Assembly (NCBI GenBank): GCA_964533705.1
Contig: CAZHMN010000008.1
Location: 1-54,659 of the forward strand
Origin: an uncultured bacterium
GTDB taxonomy: Bacteria > Electryoneota > B3-LCP
Length of the DNA: 54,659 bases
Reading direction: 5' to 3'
The translations under genes and the position numbers were made by a program. Within the stretch, counting starts at the first letter, position 1. Every line of letters begins with the position of its first letter. Below, one piece after another: positions 36,670 to 46,373 of the stretch. The notes under the pieces are model-generated. The model was not told the DNA's origin. It did not search any database and saw only the letters and a program-made list of their open reading frames with translations.

Positions 36670-37371
36670 ATGGCAGATCAAGAGCAGTATTTGGATGACG
36701 AGGAGTTAAGGCGCCAAATTCGCGCCGAAATTGAATTGCGCGATAAAGAACGCAGCAAAGCGCGACAGCAGAGGGAGGAACGGAAAGCCGCCAACGAGAC
36801 AGCAGAGAGAAAAAGGCGCATCTACCGCGAAGAATTGCACAGGTATTATCAGAATCGCCCCGGTTATAAAAAAATCATCCGGGATGACGGCGAGCCGGAT
36901 TGGATTCCGGTTGATCAGGTAGACAAAGAGGAAGAGCTATTCGATGAGGTTCTGGAAGATCCACTTGAGGCCAGGAAAAGACAGAAAGCCATTTTCCTCA
37001 TATTCGCGCTGCTCGCAGTTGCCGTTTCCGTTTTCTTTTATCTGCTACTCCATGAAGGGAAGGGCACGATTCAAGTCTATTGCAACGTTCCTGAAGCACG
37101 CATCATCCTGGATGCCGCTCCGACGCAGTTTTATACTACGGCCAGCGGATCTGGTGGTTTCGCTGCGATTTTAAAGGAAGTGCCATCCGGAGAACATTTT
37201 ATCACGGTGGATAAGTCGGGTTATGTCGTTGATGGTGAAGCCATCCGGAAAATAGAACTCGGAGGCGGCGATAGCGAGATAATAACATTTACGCTTGTAC
37301 CGCAGAGTCAGTCTGAAACGGGTGAAACCCAGGCAAAGCCGGATGCTTCAGAAGGGATGAAGGATTTATGA
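36670..37371 (+). CDS. Single-pass membrane protein with a charged coiled-coil N-terminus and a C-terminal PEGA-like domain
   Basis: Lys/Arg/Glu-rich residues 1-110, TM helix AIFLIFALLAVAVSVFFYLLL, then VYCNVPEARIILD...GEHFITVDKSGY (PEGA pattern). Its stop overlaps the folE start (ATGA). Confidence 0.65.
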   Translation: MADQEQYLDDEELRRQIRAEIELRDKERSKARQQREERKAANETAERKRRIYREELHRYYQNRPGYKKIIRDDGEPDWIPVDQVDKEEELFDEVLEDPLEARKRQKAIFLIFALLAVAVSVFFYLLLHEGKGTIQVYCNVPEARIILDAAPTQFYTTASGSGGFAAILKEVPSGEHFITVDKSGYVVDGEAIRKIELGGGDSEIITFTLVPQSQSETGETQAKPDASEGMKDL

Positions 37372-37940
37372 GCGTTGACTGCAAGCGCGTCGCAGCGGCC
37401 GTTAGAGAACTGATCCTGGCTATCGGCGATGATCCCGACCGCGAAGGTCTGCAACGGACACCTCAGCGGGTCGCCGATATGTATGAAGAGATTTTTTCAG
37501 GGGTGGGACAGGAAGTTGAGCCGGAGATCGCCGTTTACACAACGAAGAACCAGGATGAGATGATTCTACTCAGGGACATTCCTTTTCATTCGATGTGCGA
37601 GCATCACCTCCTGCCGTTTTTCGGCACAGTATCCATCGCCTATATACCCAACAATAATCGAATCACCGGTTTTTCTTCGCTCGCTCGGGTTGTAGAACGC
37701 ATGGCCCGCCGGCCGCAACTCCAGGAACGGATGACCACGGAGATCGCCGAAAAACTGATGAAGGTGCTCGAGCCCTTAGGGGTCTTCGTTATCATTCGAG
37801 CCCAGCACCTGTGCATGACTATGCGAGGCGTCAAGAAAGCTGGTGCCTGGACGGTTACGTCCAGTATGCGCGGGATTATGCGCAAACAGGCCACGCGTCT
37901 GGAAGCCCTTTCATTGATGGGCGAAAAAGGGTCATTGTGA
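37368..37940 (+). CDS. folE: GTP cyclohydrolase I
   Basis: REGL..TP.RVA.MY.E.F.G, SMCEHHLLPF.G...IAYIP, and RRPQLQERMT are FolE type 1 hallmarks. Confidence 0.93.
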   Translation: MSVDCKRVAAAVRELILAIGDDPDREGLQRTPQRVADMYEEIFSGVGQEVEPEIAVYTTKNQDEMILLRDIPFHSMCEHHLLPFFGTVSIAYIPNNNRITGFSSLARVVERMARRPQLQERMTTEIAEKLMKVLEPLGVFVIIRAQHLCMTMRGVKKAGAWTVTSSMRGIMRKQATRLEALSLMGEKGSL

Positions 37941-37993
37941 AACTTGTCCAGCGGATGAGATAAGTGGCAGTGGCAACGGATTTCTACCATATC

Positions 37994-38027
37994 GAGGTGA
38001 GCGAATTCCGGTCGCCTCTTTTGTTTT
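37994..38027 (+). terminator. Rho-independent terminator after folE
   Basis: Stem GAGGTGA (37994-38000) / TCGCCTC (38012-38018) with one G-U pair, followed by TTTTGTTTT. Confidence 0.6.
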
Positions 38028-38041
38028 AAACTGGAGCTTTT

Positions 38042-39550
38042 ATGTCCTCGATCTGGCATTTCCTCAGCGGCGAGGTGCCCGGCGGTTTCATGGCGCTGAT
38101 TGTTTTGCTCATCGCGCTTTATTTAGTCCTCGAATACGTCTATCGCAGCGGTCAGCTCATGCCCCGGGCGACTTACCGGCGTGTCAGGTGGATCGGCACC
38201 TTCGTCATTATTGTGGGGTATGCCCTGATCTGGATTCAGTCTCCTCCCAAAACGGAACCTCTGCGTATTGCGGTTATCAGCGCAGGAAAAGCAGATCAGA
38301 GTGACTGGCGTTCAGGGGCGATTGCCGATCTGACGGGGCGACGGCTTGAGAAAACGTTGGGGAAAGCCATAGTAAATCCCTGGAACGGGGCGGTTGATGA
38401 ATACGCTCAACCGAGCGCGGAAATTCTACAGCGGGCGAAGTACCACGTCTATCAGGTAAGATTCGAGGAACGGCAGGAGAACAAGCCAGCTGAATTGCAG
38501 GTTGCCAAATCTGGTAATGTCGGACACACTTTCACTATCGCAAAAACGGAGCTGGGCATCATTTCCGAAGAAGTGAGCAAATGGATTTTGGCTGACCTCG
38601 GCAAAAATGCTGAACCGGCTAAGCCTTTTCATTCAACCTTTCAATCGGGCGTAATAGATGCTTATTATCAGGGGCTGCATTATTTTAAAGTCGAACAAAT
38701 AGATTCGGCCAGGATCCGATTTAATGACGCTCTAACGGTTGACTCGACGTTCACCCCGGCAGAGATCGGTCTGGCTTTATGCCTCGAGCGCGCAGGTGAT
38801 CCAAAGCGAGCCGCTATCGAATTACTATCGGCAGTCAAGGCGGATACCGGGTCACTGGAAGCGATGCTGTCTTTGGGGGAGTTTCATCTCCGGCATATGG
38901 AATGGGATCTCGCAGAACCGCCGCTCAAAGTCGTTTTAACCAGAGATCCTCTGGCGGTACGGACTTATCTGGGGTTGGCCAGCCTTCATTCGGAACGTCT
39001 CCTCGATCTACGGCTGAATACTCCTGATGCTCTTCTGGAGGAAGCGATTCGCCTTGACCCGGCGTTCGAGCCGGCTCGGGTGGCGCTGGCCAGCCGCTTG
39101 ATCAATATCGGGTTGGCACAAAAAGCGCGACCCATCCTCAGGGAGGGGCTAAAGATCAATCCCGAATCGGTGAATTTATTGCTTAAAATAGGTGCTGTTG
39201 AATTGTACAGCGGCAACACAGGTGACGCCCGGGAGGCGTATCAGAAGATCATTGAACTCGATCCAGGAAATGCCATAGCGGCGTTCAATCTCGGCGTTGT
39301 GGCCTACCGAACCAAGCAGTACGAGGAGGCGCTTCAGCATTTTGCCAATTCCCTCGAATGGGGCGGGAGCATAGATAGCTACTATTACCTCGGTTTGATC
39401 TACCGGACCCGCGGCGACAGCGCACGGGCGGGAGTTAATTTTAAAAAACGCTGGGAGCTGCGCAAGAGCGAGGACGACGTTTTCGCTTTGAAAGCGAAAG
39501 AATACGCTCGAGCCATCGGTTTGAGAATAGAAGAGCAAGTTGATCGTTAA
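38042..39550 (+). CDS. Membrane-anchored tetratricopeptide-repeat (TPR) protein
   Basis: Two N-terminal hydrophobic helices. The C-terminal half carries multiple TPR-like units (e.g. AYQKIIELDPGNAIAAFNLGVVAYRTKQYEEALQHF). Confidence 0.75.
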   Translation: MSSIWHFLSGEVPGGFMALIVLLIALYLVLEYVYRSGQLMPRATYRRVRWIGTFVIIVGYALIWIQSPPKTEPLRIAVISAGKADQSDWRSGAIADLTGRRLEKTLGKAIVNPWNGAVDEYAQPSAEILQRAKYHVYQVRFEERQENKPAELQVAKSGNVGHTFTIAKTELGIISEEVSKWILADLGKNAEPAKPFHSTFQSGVIDAYYQGLHYFKVEQIDSARIRFNDALTVDSTFTPAEIGLALCLERAGDPKRAAIELLSAVKADTGSLEAMLSLGEFHLRHMEWDLAEPPLKVVLTRDPLAVRTYLGLASLHSERLLDLRLNTPDALLEEAIRLDPAFEPARVALASRLINIGLAQKARPILREGLKINPESVNLLLKIGAVELYSGNTGDAREAYQKIIELDPGNAIAAFNLGVVAYRTKQYEEALQHFANSLEWGGSIDSYYYLGLIYRTRGDSARAGVNFKKRWELRKSEDDVFALKAKEYARAIGLRIEEQVDR

Positions 39551-40775
39551 ATTGAGAAGATCCGTAAACATTCGAGGGATTTTTCCCAGGAGTGGTGCTG
39601 ATCTGAAGGCTGAGCTGGACGCTTTGGGCTGTTCACCTGATGAAGTTCGAGCCATCTCGGCTGTTGTTCCGTTATTCCTGAAAATAGATGCGCTATCTGT
39701 TAAGGAAGCAAAAAATCTCTCGCGAATTGCCCACTCGATTGGTGACGGCTGCACAGCATACATCGGCGGCGCAGACAAAAAGAAAAGTTCTTCAAGTGCT
39801 ATCGTCTTATTGAGGAAGGATCAAATAAATGCATTCTGTGGACAGCTAAGGTCGAAAGAATCTAATTTGCAGGCTTTGGCAGACCGAATCGAGGCCTTAA
39901 GCGCTCAAGATCTGCCTACAGGTAGATCCTTTGCGGTGAGGAACCGGACTTATTTCCGCACGGTTCGGCCTTTTATTATGGGAATCTTAAACGTCACGCC
40001 GGATTCCTTTTCGGACGGAGGGCGCTATTTTGACTCTGGTAGAGCTTTTGAGCGGGGGATTGAAATGGCGCAGCAGGGAGCCGATTTCATTGACGTGGGG
40101 GGCGAATCTTCCCGTCCGGGTGCGGAACCGGTATCCGAAGATGAAGAAGTCAGCCGGGTGATTCCGCTGATTAAGCGCTTAGCGGCTGAATTGGAAATCC
40201 CTATTTCTATTGATACGACCAAGGCGGCGGTAGCGAAGAAGGCCCTGGAAGCCGGTGCGCAGATCGTTAACGACATCTCTGCGCTACGCTGGGATGCTGA
40301 CATGGCTAAGGTCGTCGCCGATAGCGGCGCGACGCTGGTTCTGATGCACATGAAGGGAGACCCCCGCTCCATGCAGAAGAGCCCTTATTACGATGACCTG
40401 ATGAGTGAAGTCCACGGTTTCCTCAAGGATCGTGTCAGGGCGGCGTTGGAAACCGGCATCCCGAAAGAGCGGATTCTGGTTGATCCCGGCATCGGTTTCG
40501 GTAAACGCCTGGGGGATAACTTCGAGCTCCTGGGTCGCCTGCAGGAATTCCGTGATCTGGGCGCGGTGGCAATCGGGCCTTCGCGAAAGAGTTTTATCGG
40601 TTATATTTTGAATCTTCCCGTCGAAGAGCGTGAATGGGGGACGGCGGGCGCTGTGGCGGTGGCCGCGTATCACGGAGCGGACGTCATACGCGTGCATGAT
40701 GTGGAGAAAATGCTTCAAGTCGCACGAATTGCCTATCAATGTCGGTTGGGCACAGCAAGAGAAAGTCGTTCTTGA
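39540..40775 (+). CDS. folP: Dihydropteroate synthase with a ~145-aa N-terminal extension
   Basis: The core IMGILNVTPDSFSDGGRY...GADFIDVGGESSRPGA...ISIDT......AL.AGA.IVNDIS is canonical DHPS. The only in-frame start upstream of the core is the TTG at 39540. From memory, the N-terminal domain resembles the extension seen on some Firmicutes and Thermotogae FolP proteins. Confidence 0.85.
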   Translation: MIVKLRRSVNIRGIFPRSGADLKAELDALGCSPDEVRAISAVVPLFLKIDALSVKEAKNLSRIAHSIGDGCTAYIGGADKKKSSSSAIVLLRKDQINAFCGQLRSKESNLQALADRIEALSAQDLPTGRSFAVRNRTYFRTVRPFIMGILNVTPDSFSDGGRYFDSGRAFERGIEMAQQGADFIDVGGESSRPGAEPVSEDEEVSRVIPLIKRLAAELEIPISIDTTKAAVAKKALEAGAQIVNDISALRWDADMAKVVADSGATLVLMHMKGDPRSMQKSPYYDDLMSEVHGFLKDRVRAALETGIPKERILVDPGIGFGKRLGDNFELLGRLQEFRDLGAVAIGPSRKSFIGYILNLPVEEREWGTAGAVAVAAYHGADVIRVHDVEKMLQVARIAYQCRLGTARESRS

Positions 40776-41236
40776 GTTTGCGGCAGAGGGAACCGATTCC
40801 GAAACTGCGCATTCGGCCCTTAGAGCCTGAGGATGCGCGTGAACTATCCTATTTGGAACTGGAGATTTTTCCCTCGCCCTGGAGTGAAAACAGCCTGCGA
40901 TCCTGCCTGGAGTTGTCCGATGTAGAGGGTGAGGCTGCAATCCTCAATAATAGCATAGTCGGTTATATGTTCGTGCAATATGCCGGCGTAGAAGCGCATA
41001 TTCTCAATTTGGGCGTAAGGGAGAAATTCAGAGGAAGGGGCATCGGAAAGCGGCTGTTGGAGCGGTTTCTGGATAGAGCCGAAAAGCGGGGAACGCTGGT
41101 CTGCTTTCTTGAAGTCAGATTAGGGAATCGAATCGCGCAGAAGCTCTATTTCGATCACGGTTTCGCTCCCTTGACCATCAGGAAAAAATATTACCCCAAC
41201 GGAGAAGACGCTCTGATTTTGGTGCGACATTTTTGA
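40739..41236 (+). CDS. rimI: Ribosomal-protein-alanine N-acetyltransferase (GNAT)
   Basis: IRPLEPEDA..L..LE...F..PWS, HILNLGV...FRGRGIGK.LL and ...LEVR..N..A..LY...GF. The start is uncertain: the ATG at 40739 overlaps folP by 37 nt, and in-frame TTG codons at 40772 and 40778 are alternatives. Confidence 0.8.
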   Translation: MSVGHSKRKSFLSLRQREPIPKLRIRPLEPEDARELSYLELEIFPSPWSENSLRSCLELSDVEGEAAILNNSIVGYMFVQYAGVEAHILNLGVREKFRGRGIGKRLLERFLDRAEKRGTLVCFLEVRLGNRIAQKLYFDHGFAPLTIRKKYYPNGEDALILVRHF

Positions 41237-41272
41237 TTTTAGGGATATATGTCTTACTAAGTTTAGCTAAAT

Positions 41273-42112
41273 ATGGCGTGGTTTCAGAAGGCGAAGAAGG
41301 GCTTAAGCCCCAAAGAAAAAGCGCAATTGCCGGACGGCTTGTGGGTCAAATGCGAAAACTGTGGCGAGATCATCTTTCGCAGGGAATTGCAGAAGAATTT
41401 TTCCGTCTGCCAAAAGTGCCGATATCATTTCAGGATTAACAGTCGGGAATACATCGAGATATTAATTGATCCGGGTTCTTTCCGCGAATTCAACACCGAT
41501 TTGATTTCCGCCGATCCGCTGAAGTTCAAGGATACGAAGCGCTATCCGGACAGAATTCAGAAGGCCGTGAAAGAAACCGGGATCAACGAGGCGGTGCGCA
41601 CCGGCGTGGGCCAGATTGATGGTCGTAAAATCATCCTCGGAGTTATGGATTTCGAATTCTTCGGCGGCAGCGTCGGTTCTGTGGTAGGGGAGAAGATCAC
41701 GCAGGCGGCTCTGCGCGCCAGGGAGGGCGGTTACCCCTTGGTATTGCTCTGTGCATCGGGCGGCATGCGCATGCAGGAGGGGATGTTCAGCCTCATGCAG
41801 ATGGCGAAAACCAGCTGTGCATTGGCGGAGTTTTCCAATGAGAAATTACCGTTTATCAGCATTTTAACGCACCCCACGACGGGCGGGACGACCGCCAGTT
41901 TCGCCATGCAGGGTGACGTCATCATTTCCGAGCCGGGCGCCCTGATCGGTTTCGCCGGGCCGCGGGTCATTAAGCAGACCATCGGTCAGGATCTACCCCC
42001 CGGCTTTCAGCGAGCCGAATTTCTACTGCAACACGGCTTTATTGATATGATCGTAGATCGCAGTCGCCTGAAACAGACGCTCAGCACTATCTTGATGCAT
42101 TTGAGCGTCTAA
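41273..42112 (+). CDS. accD: Acetyl-CoA carboxylase carboxyltransferase beta subunit
   Basis: N-terminal zinc ribbon WVKCENCGEIIFRRELQKNFSVCQKCRYHFR, then GGSVGSVVGEKI and SGGMRMQEG. Confidence 0.93.
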   Translation: MAWFQKAKKGLSPKEKAQLPDGLWVKCENCGEIIFRRELQKNFSVCQKCRYHFRINSREYIEILIDPGSFREFNTDLISADPLKFKDTKRYPDRIQKAVKETGINEAVRTGVGQIDGRKIILGVMDFEFFGGSVGSVVGEKITQAALRAREGGYPLVLLCASGGMRMQEGMFSLMQMAKTSCALAEFSNEKLPFISILTHPTTGGTTASFAMQGDVIISEPGALIGFAGPRVIKQTIGQDLPPGFQRAEFLLQHGFIDMIVDRSRLKQTLSTILMHLSV

Positions 42113-42162
42113 ATGCAGAAAGACGCACAGGAAAAATCTGTTTTTTGTTGACTTGAGACGAG

Positions 42163-42924
42163 ATGAAAGTTTTATTATGTAACGACGACGGCATCCATGC
42201 ACCGGGGCTGGATGCGTTAGTCAAAGAGTTCAAAAAGTTCGCGGAGGTTTCGGTCGTTGCTCCGGCGAGGGAACAATCTGCCATTGGTCACGCCATCACC
42301 ATGTCCGATCCCCTGCGCGCGGAAGAATACTACAAAAACGGCGAATTCTTCGGGTGGGCGGTCAGCGGCACCCCGGCCGATTGCATCAAGCTGGCCTTGT
42401 TCGCACTGCTGAAGGAACGTCCCGATATGGTGGTTTCCGGTATCAATTCGGGATCCAATACCGGAATTAACATCATCTATTCCGGCACCGTCTCCGCCGC
42501 TACCGAAGGGCGGATCAATGATATTCCCTCGATAGCCGTGTCATTGACGTCATACACCAGCAGAAATTTCGGGCCGGCGGCCCGCTTTGCCGTAAAACTA
42601 GCCCGGGAACTGGATTCATTCGATTTGCCCAAAGGCGTCTTCTTCAATGTGAACGTTCCCGATCTACCGGAAGAGGAAATCAAAGGAGTCAAAATCACTC
42701 ATCAGGGGAAGGCGGTTTATGAGGAGATTTTTCATCGCCGCACCGACCCGAAAGGGCGCGTGTATTTTTGGCTCGATGGAGAACGCGGCGCTGAAGAGAA
42801 CGATCCCAGTATTGATGAGCGAGCGGTTCGAGCGGGTTACATCTCTGTAACCCCGATTCACTATGATTTGACGCACTACCAAACGTTGGATAAATTATCG
42901 AATAGAACGATCAAATTCCCATAG
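42163..42924 (+). CDS. surE: 5'/3'-nucleotidase SurE
   Basis: [22 protein letters not shown]...QSA.GH.IT, SGINSG.N.G....YSGTV.AA.EG. Confidence 0.93.
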   Translation: MKVLLCNDDGIHAPGLDALVKEFKKFAEVSVVAPAREQSAIGHAITMSDPLRAEEYYKNGEFFGWAVSGTPADCIKLALFALLKERPDMVVSGINSGSNTGINIIYSGTVSAATEGRINDIPSIAVSLTSYTSRNFGPAARFAVKLARELDSFDLPKGVFFNVNVPDLPEEEIKGVKITHQGKAVYEEIFHRRTDPKGRVYFWLDGERGAEENDPSIDERAVRAGYISVTPIHYDLTHYQTLDKLSNRTIKFP

Positions 42925-42925
42925 T

Positions 42926-44470
42926 ATGGTTGTTTCTGAAAAAGTCATCATCCTCGATTTTGGATCGCAGACCACCCAGTTGATCGCCAGAAGGGTGCGG
43001 GAACTGGGCGTCTTCAGTGAAATCTGGCCACCGGACGTCGAAGCTGAACGGATACGCCTCGCTGAACCGAACGGGCTGATTCTATCAGGAGGCCCGGCAT
43101 CGGTATACGGGAAAGGAGCGCCCTTACCCGATGCGGCTATCTTCGATCTGGGTCTTCCCATTCTGGGCATCTGCTACGGTTTGCAATTGATCGCTCACCT
43201 GCAGGATGGCGAGGTCAACCGTTCTGACCGGAGAGAGTTCGGGCATACCGAACTGAAGATCGTCAAAGACACTCCCCTCTTTGATGGCATGGAGCGAAGC
43301 CAGGCCGTGTGGATGAGCCACGGAGACCGGCTCTTAAAACTGCCGCAGGGATTTCATCCGGTGGCGATCTCAGAAGGATCTCCTTTTGCGGCCATTGAAA
43401 ACCGGGAGAAGCAGCAGTACGGTGTCCAGTTTCACCCGGAAGTGTCCCACACGGTTCATGGGCGCGAGATTTTAAAGAATTTTCTTCGAAAAATCTGCGG
43501 GTGCAAGGAGACCTGGAATACGCGCAGTTTTGTAGAAAGCAGCATCAGGGAGATTCGGCAGGAGGTGGGTTCGGGGCAGGTAGTATGCGGCCTCTCCGGC
43601 GGCGTGGATTCCTCCGTGACCGCGGTGCTTCTATATAAAGCGATTGGATCCAACTTGCATTGCGTCCTGGTTGATAATGGTTTGCTGCGGTTGGGCGAAA
43701 GGGAGCAGGTGGAATCCCTGTTCAGGGATCAGTTCGGAATGGATCTAATCGTCGCTGATGCTCGGGGGCGCTTCCTGGATGCTCTGGCGGGCGTCATTGA
43801 TCCCGAGGAGAAGCGCAAGATCATCGGTCGTGAATTCATAGCCGTCTTCGAGGAGACAGCCAGGAGCCTGGGCAAGGTGGATTTTTTAGCGCAGGGGACG
43901 CTTTACCCCGATTTAATCGAAAGTCGCTCGGCTAAAGGTGGCCCTTCGGCGACCATCAAGAGCCACCATAACGTCGGCGGCCTGCCGGAAAAGATGAACC
44001 TGAAATTGATTGAACCCCTAAAAGAACTTTTCAAAGATGAAGTCCGGGCTGTCGGCAAAGAGTTGGGTTTAAATGACGAGTTGGTGAGGCGGCATCCCTT
44101 TCCCGGACCGGGATTGGCGGTGCGGATTTTGGGCGAAGTAACAACGGAGAATCTGGATCTGATCAGCCGGGCGGATAAAATATTCATCGAGGAGCTCAAG
44201 AAAGCCAGCTGGTATGACCGAAGTTCTCAGGCTCTGGCGGTGCTCCTGCCGGTGAAATCCGTCGGGGTGATGGGGGATGAGCGCACCTATGAACGAGTCG
44301 TCGCTCTCCGGGCTGTTGATTCGCACGACTGGATGACAGCGGACTTTACCCGTTTCCCCTGGGATTTACTGGCCAGAGTGGCGAACCGAATTATCAATGA
44401 AGTCCGAGGGATCAATCGCGTTGTTTACGATGTCTCGTCCAAACCTCCGGCGACGGTGGAATGGGAATAA
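42926..44470 (+). CDS. guaA: GMP synthase (glutamine-hydrolysing)
   Basis: The GATase domain has ILGICYG.Q and QFHPEV.HT. The PP-loop is [10 protein letters not shown], and the C-terminus is ...[10 protein letters not shown]. Confidence 0.97.
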   Translation: MVVSEKVIILDFGSQTTQLIARRVRELGVFSEIWPPDVEAERIRLAEPNGLILSGGPASVYGKGAPLPDAAIFDLGLPILGICYGLQLIAHLQDGEVNRSDRREFGHTELKIVKDTPLFDGMERSQAVWMSHGDRLLKLPQGFHPVAISEGSPFAAIENREKQQYGVQFHPEVSHTVHGREILKNFLRKICGCKETWNTRSFVESSIREIRQEVGSGQVVCGLSGGVDSSVTAVLLYKAIGSNLHCVLVDNGLLRLGEREQVESLFRDQFGMDLIVADARGRFLDALAGVIDPEEKRKIIGREFIAVFEETARSLGKVDFLAQGTLYPDLIESRSAKGGPSATIKSHHNVGGLPEKMNLKLIEPLKELFKDEVRAVGKELGLNDELVRRHPFPGPGLAVRILGEVTTENLDLISRADKIFIEELKKASWYDRSSQALAVLLPVKSVGVMGDERTYERVVALRAVDSHDWMTADFTRFPWDLLARVANRIINEVRGINRVVYDVSSKPPATVEWE

Positions 44471-44546
44471 ATTCAGTGAAATCTGATCAACAAAAGAACG
44501 GATTAGGAAAATATTATCATAACCAGAGCACATTCCGGGAGGGAAG

Positions 44547-46373
44547 ATGTGCGGAATAATCGGATATATTGGCAAAAGAGAAGCTGTGCCCATCCTGATA
44601 TCCGGGCTGCGGCGCATGGAATACCGGGGATATGATTCCGCCGGTTTAGCCATCATGAACCAGAGAAAGATTCAGGTGAAAAAGGAAGTGGGCAAAATTG
44701 CACAGTTGGAGGAGGCGCTGAACGGCTGTTCATTGCCGGGAACGTTGGGATTGGGGCATACGCGCTGGGCAACGCATGGGATCCCGTCGAAGGAGAACGC
44801 TCACCCTCACATAGATTCCAAGGGACATATCGCTCTAATTCACAACGGTATAGTCGAGAATTATACCGCGCTCCGTCAGCGGCTTGAGAAGAGAGGCCAC
44901 AAATTTCGCACTGAAACCGATACGGAAACCCTGGCGCATTTGATTGAGGATACCTATAACGGCGATTTATTGGAAGCCGTCCAGATGGCATTAGCCCAGG
45001 TGCGGGGAACCTACGGACTGGCGGTCATCTGCGACAAAGAACCCGACCGCATCGTCGCGGCGCGCATGGGCAGCCCCTTGATCATCGGCATCGGCGAAGG
45101 CGAGAACTTCGTGGCTTCCGATCTGGCGGCCATCGTCCAGCATACCCGAAACGTCGTTTACCTCGATGACGAGGAAGTGGCTTTAATCAAAGCCGACAGC
45201 ATCAAACATCGCACCCTGGCCAACCGGAAAGTTATGAAGACGATCGAGCAGATCACCATTGACCTGGAAGAGATCGAAAAGGGCGGCTACGATCATTTTA
45301 TGCTGAAGGAAATCATGGAACAGCCCCGTACTCTCGAAGATTCCATGCGAGGCCGTTTGCTGGAAGAGGAGGGCACAACCAAGCTGGGGGGCATCAACCA
45401 GTACGTGGATAAGTTGGTGGAAGCGAAACGCATCATCATCGTCGCCTGCGGGACGTCCTGGCATGCGGGATTAATCGGTGAATGCGTGCTGGAAGAATTC
45501 GCTCGTATTCCCGTCGAAGTCGAATACGCTTCGGAATTTCGATATCGAGATCCCATTGTGGACGAAGGAACCATCGTCATTGCCATCAGCCAGTCGGGTG
45601 AAACCGCCGATACGCTGGCGGCTTTGCAAGAGGCCAGGCGTAAGGGAGCCGTTACTCTGGGTATTTGTAACGTCGTAGGCTCCAGCATCGCCCGGGAAAC
45701 AGAAGCGGGCATTTACATCCACGCCGGACCTGAAATCGGCGTAGCTTCGACCAAGGCGTTCACGTCTCAGGTGACGGTGCTGGCCCTTTTAGCCATTCTA
45801 TTAGGAAGGAGGAAGGGGATTTCTTCAGCGCAGGGACGCTGGATAGTGCGGGAATTGAAGCAACTCCCCAAGCTGGTCGGAAAAATCCTTGATAACGTGG
45901 AGCCCATCAAACGGCTCGCGGAGAGGTTCAAGGATTCCCGCAACTTCCTTTATCTGGGACGAGGCTATAACTACCCCATCGCCTTAGAGGGGGCTCTAAA
46001 GCTAAAAGAAATCAGCTATATTCACGCTGAAGGCTACCCTGCCGCCGAGATGAAACACGGGCCTATCGCTCTAATTGACAAAAATATGCCCGTGGTTTTC
46101 ATCGCCACGCAAGATGGTACTTACGAAAAAGTCCTCTCTAACATCGAGGAAGTCAAGGCCCGGGAGGGTATCGTGATCGCCATCTGTACCGAGGGGGATC
46201 AGGAGATGGCGGGGAAGGCCGATTACATCCTGGAAATTCCCCGAACTATGAACTTTTTGATGCCCATTCTGTCCGTTATTCCTTTACAACTGCTGGCTTA
46301 TTATATCGCCGTTCTGCGCGGCTGTAACGTTGATCAACCCAGAAATCTGGCTAAAAGTGTGACTGTAGAATGA
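44547..46373 (+). CDS. glmS: Glutamine--fructose-6-phosphate aminotransferase (isomerising)
   Basis: MCGIIGYIG (Ntn Cys2), GHTRWATHG, two SIS domains, and the C-terminal NLAKSVTVE. Confidence 0.97.
   Translation: MCGIIGYIGKREAVPILISGLRRMEYRGYDSAGLAIMNQRKIQVKKEVGKIAQLEEALNGCSLPGTLGLGHTRWATHGIPSKENAHPHIDSKGHIALIHNGIVENYTALRQRLEKRGHKFRTETDTETLAHLIEDTYNGDLLEAVQMALAQVRGTYGLAVICDKEPDRIVAARMGSPLIIGIGEGENFVASDLAAIVQHTRNVVYLDDEEVALIKADSIKHRTLANRKVMKTIEQITIDLEEIEKGGYDHFMLKEIMEQPRTLEDSMRGRLLEEEGTTKLGGINQYVDKLVEAKRIIIVACGTSWHAGLIGECVLEEFARIPVEVEYASEFRYRDPIVDEGTIVIAISQSGETADTLAALQEARRKGAVTLGICNVVGSSIARETEAGIYIHAGPEIGVASTKAFTSQVTVLALLAILLGRRKGISSAQGRWIVRELKQLPKLVGKILDNVEPIKRLAERFKDSRNFLYLGRGYNYPIALEGALKLKEISYIHAEGYPAAEMKHGPIALIDKNMPVVFIATQDGTYEKVLSNIEEVKAREGIVIAICTEGDQEMAGKADYILEIPRTMNFLMPILSVIPLQLLAYYIAVLRGCNVDQPRNLAKSVTVE

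Noticed and set aside
44471-44546. A possible glmS ribozyme upstream of glmS.
   Set aside because: The spacer is only 76 nt, far shorter than the ~170-nt ribozyme, and has no recognisable conserved core. The ribozyme is also mainly a Firmicutes feature.
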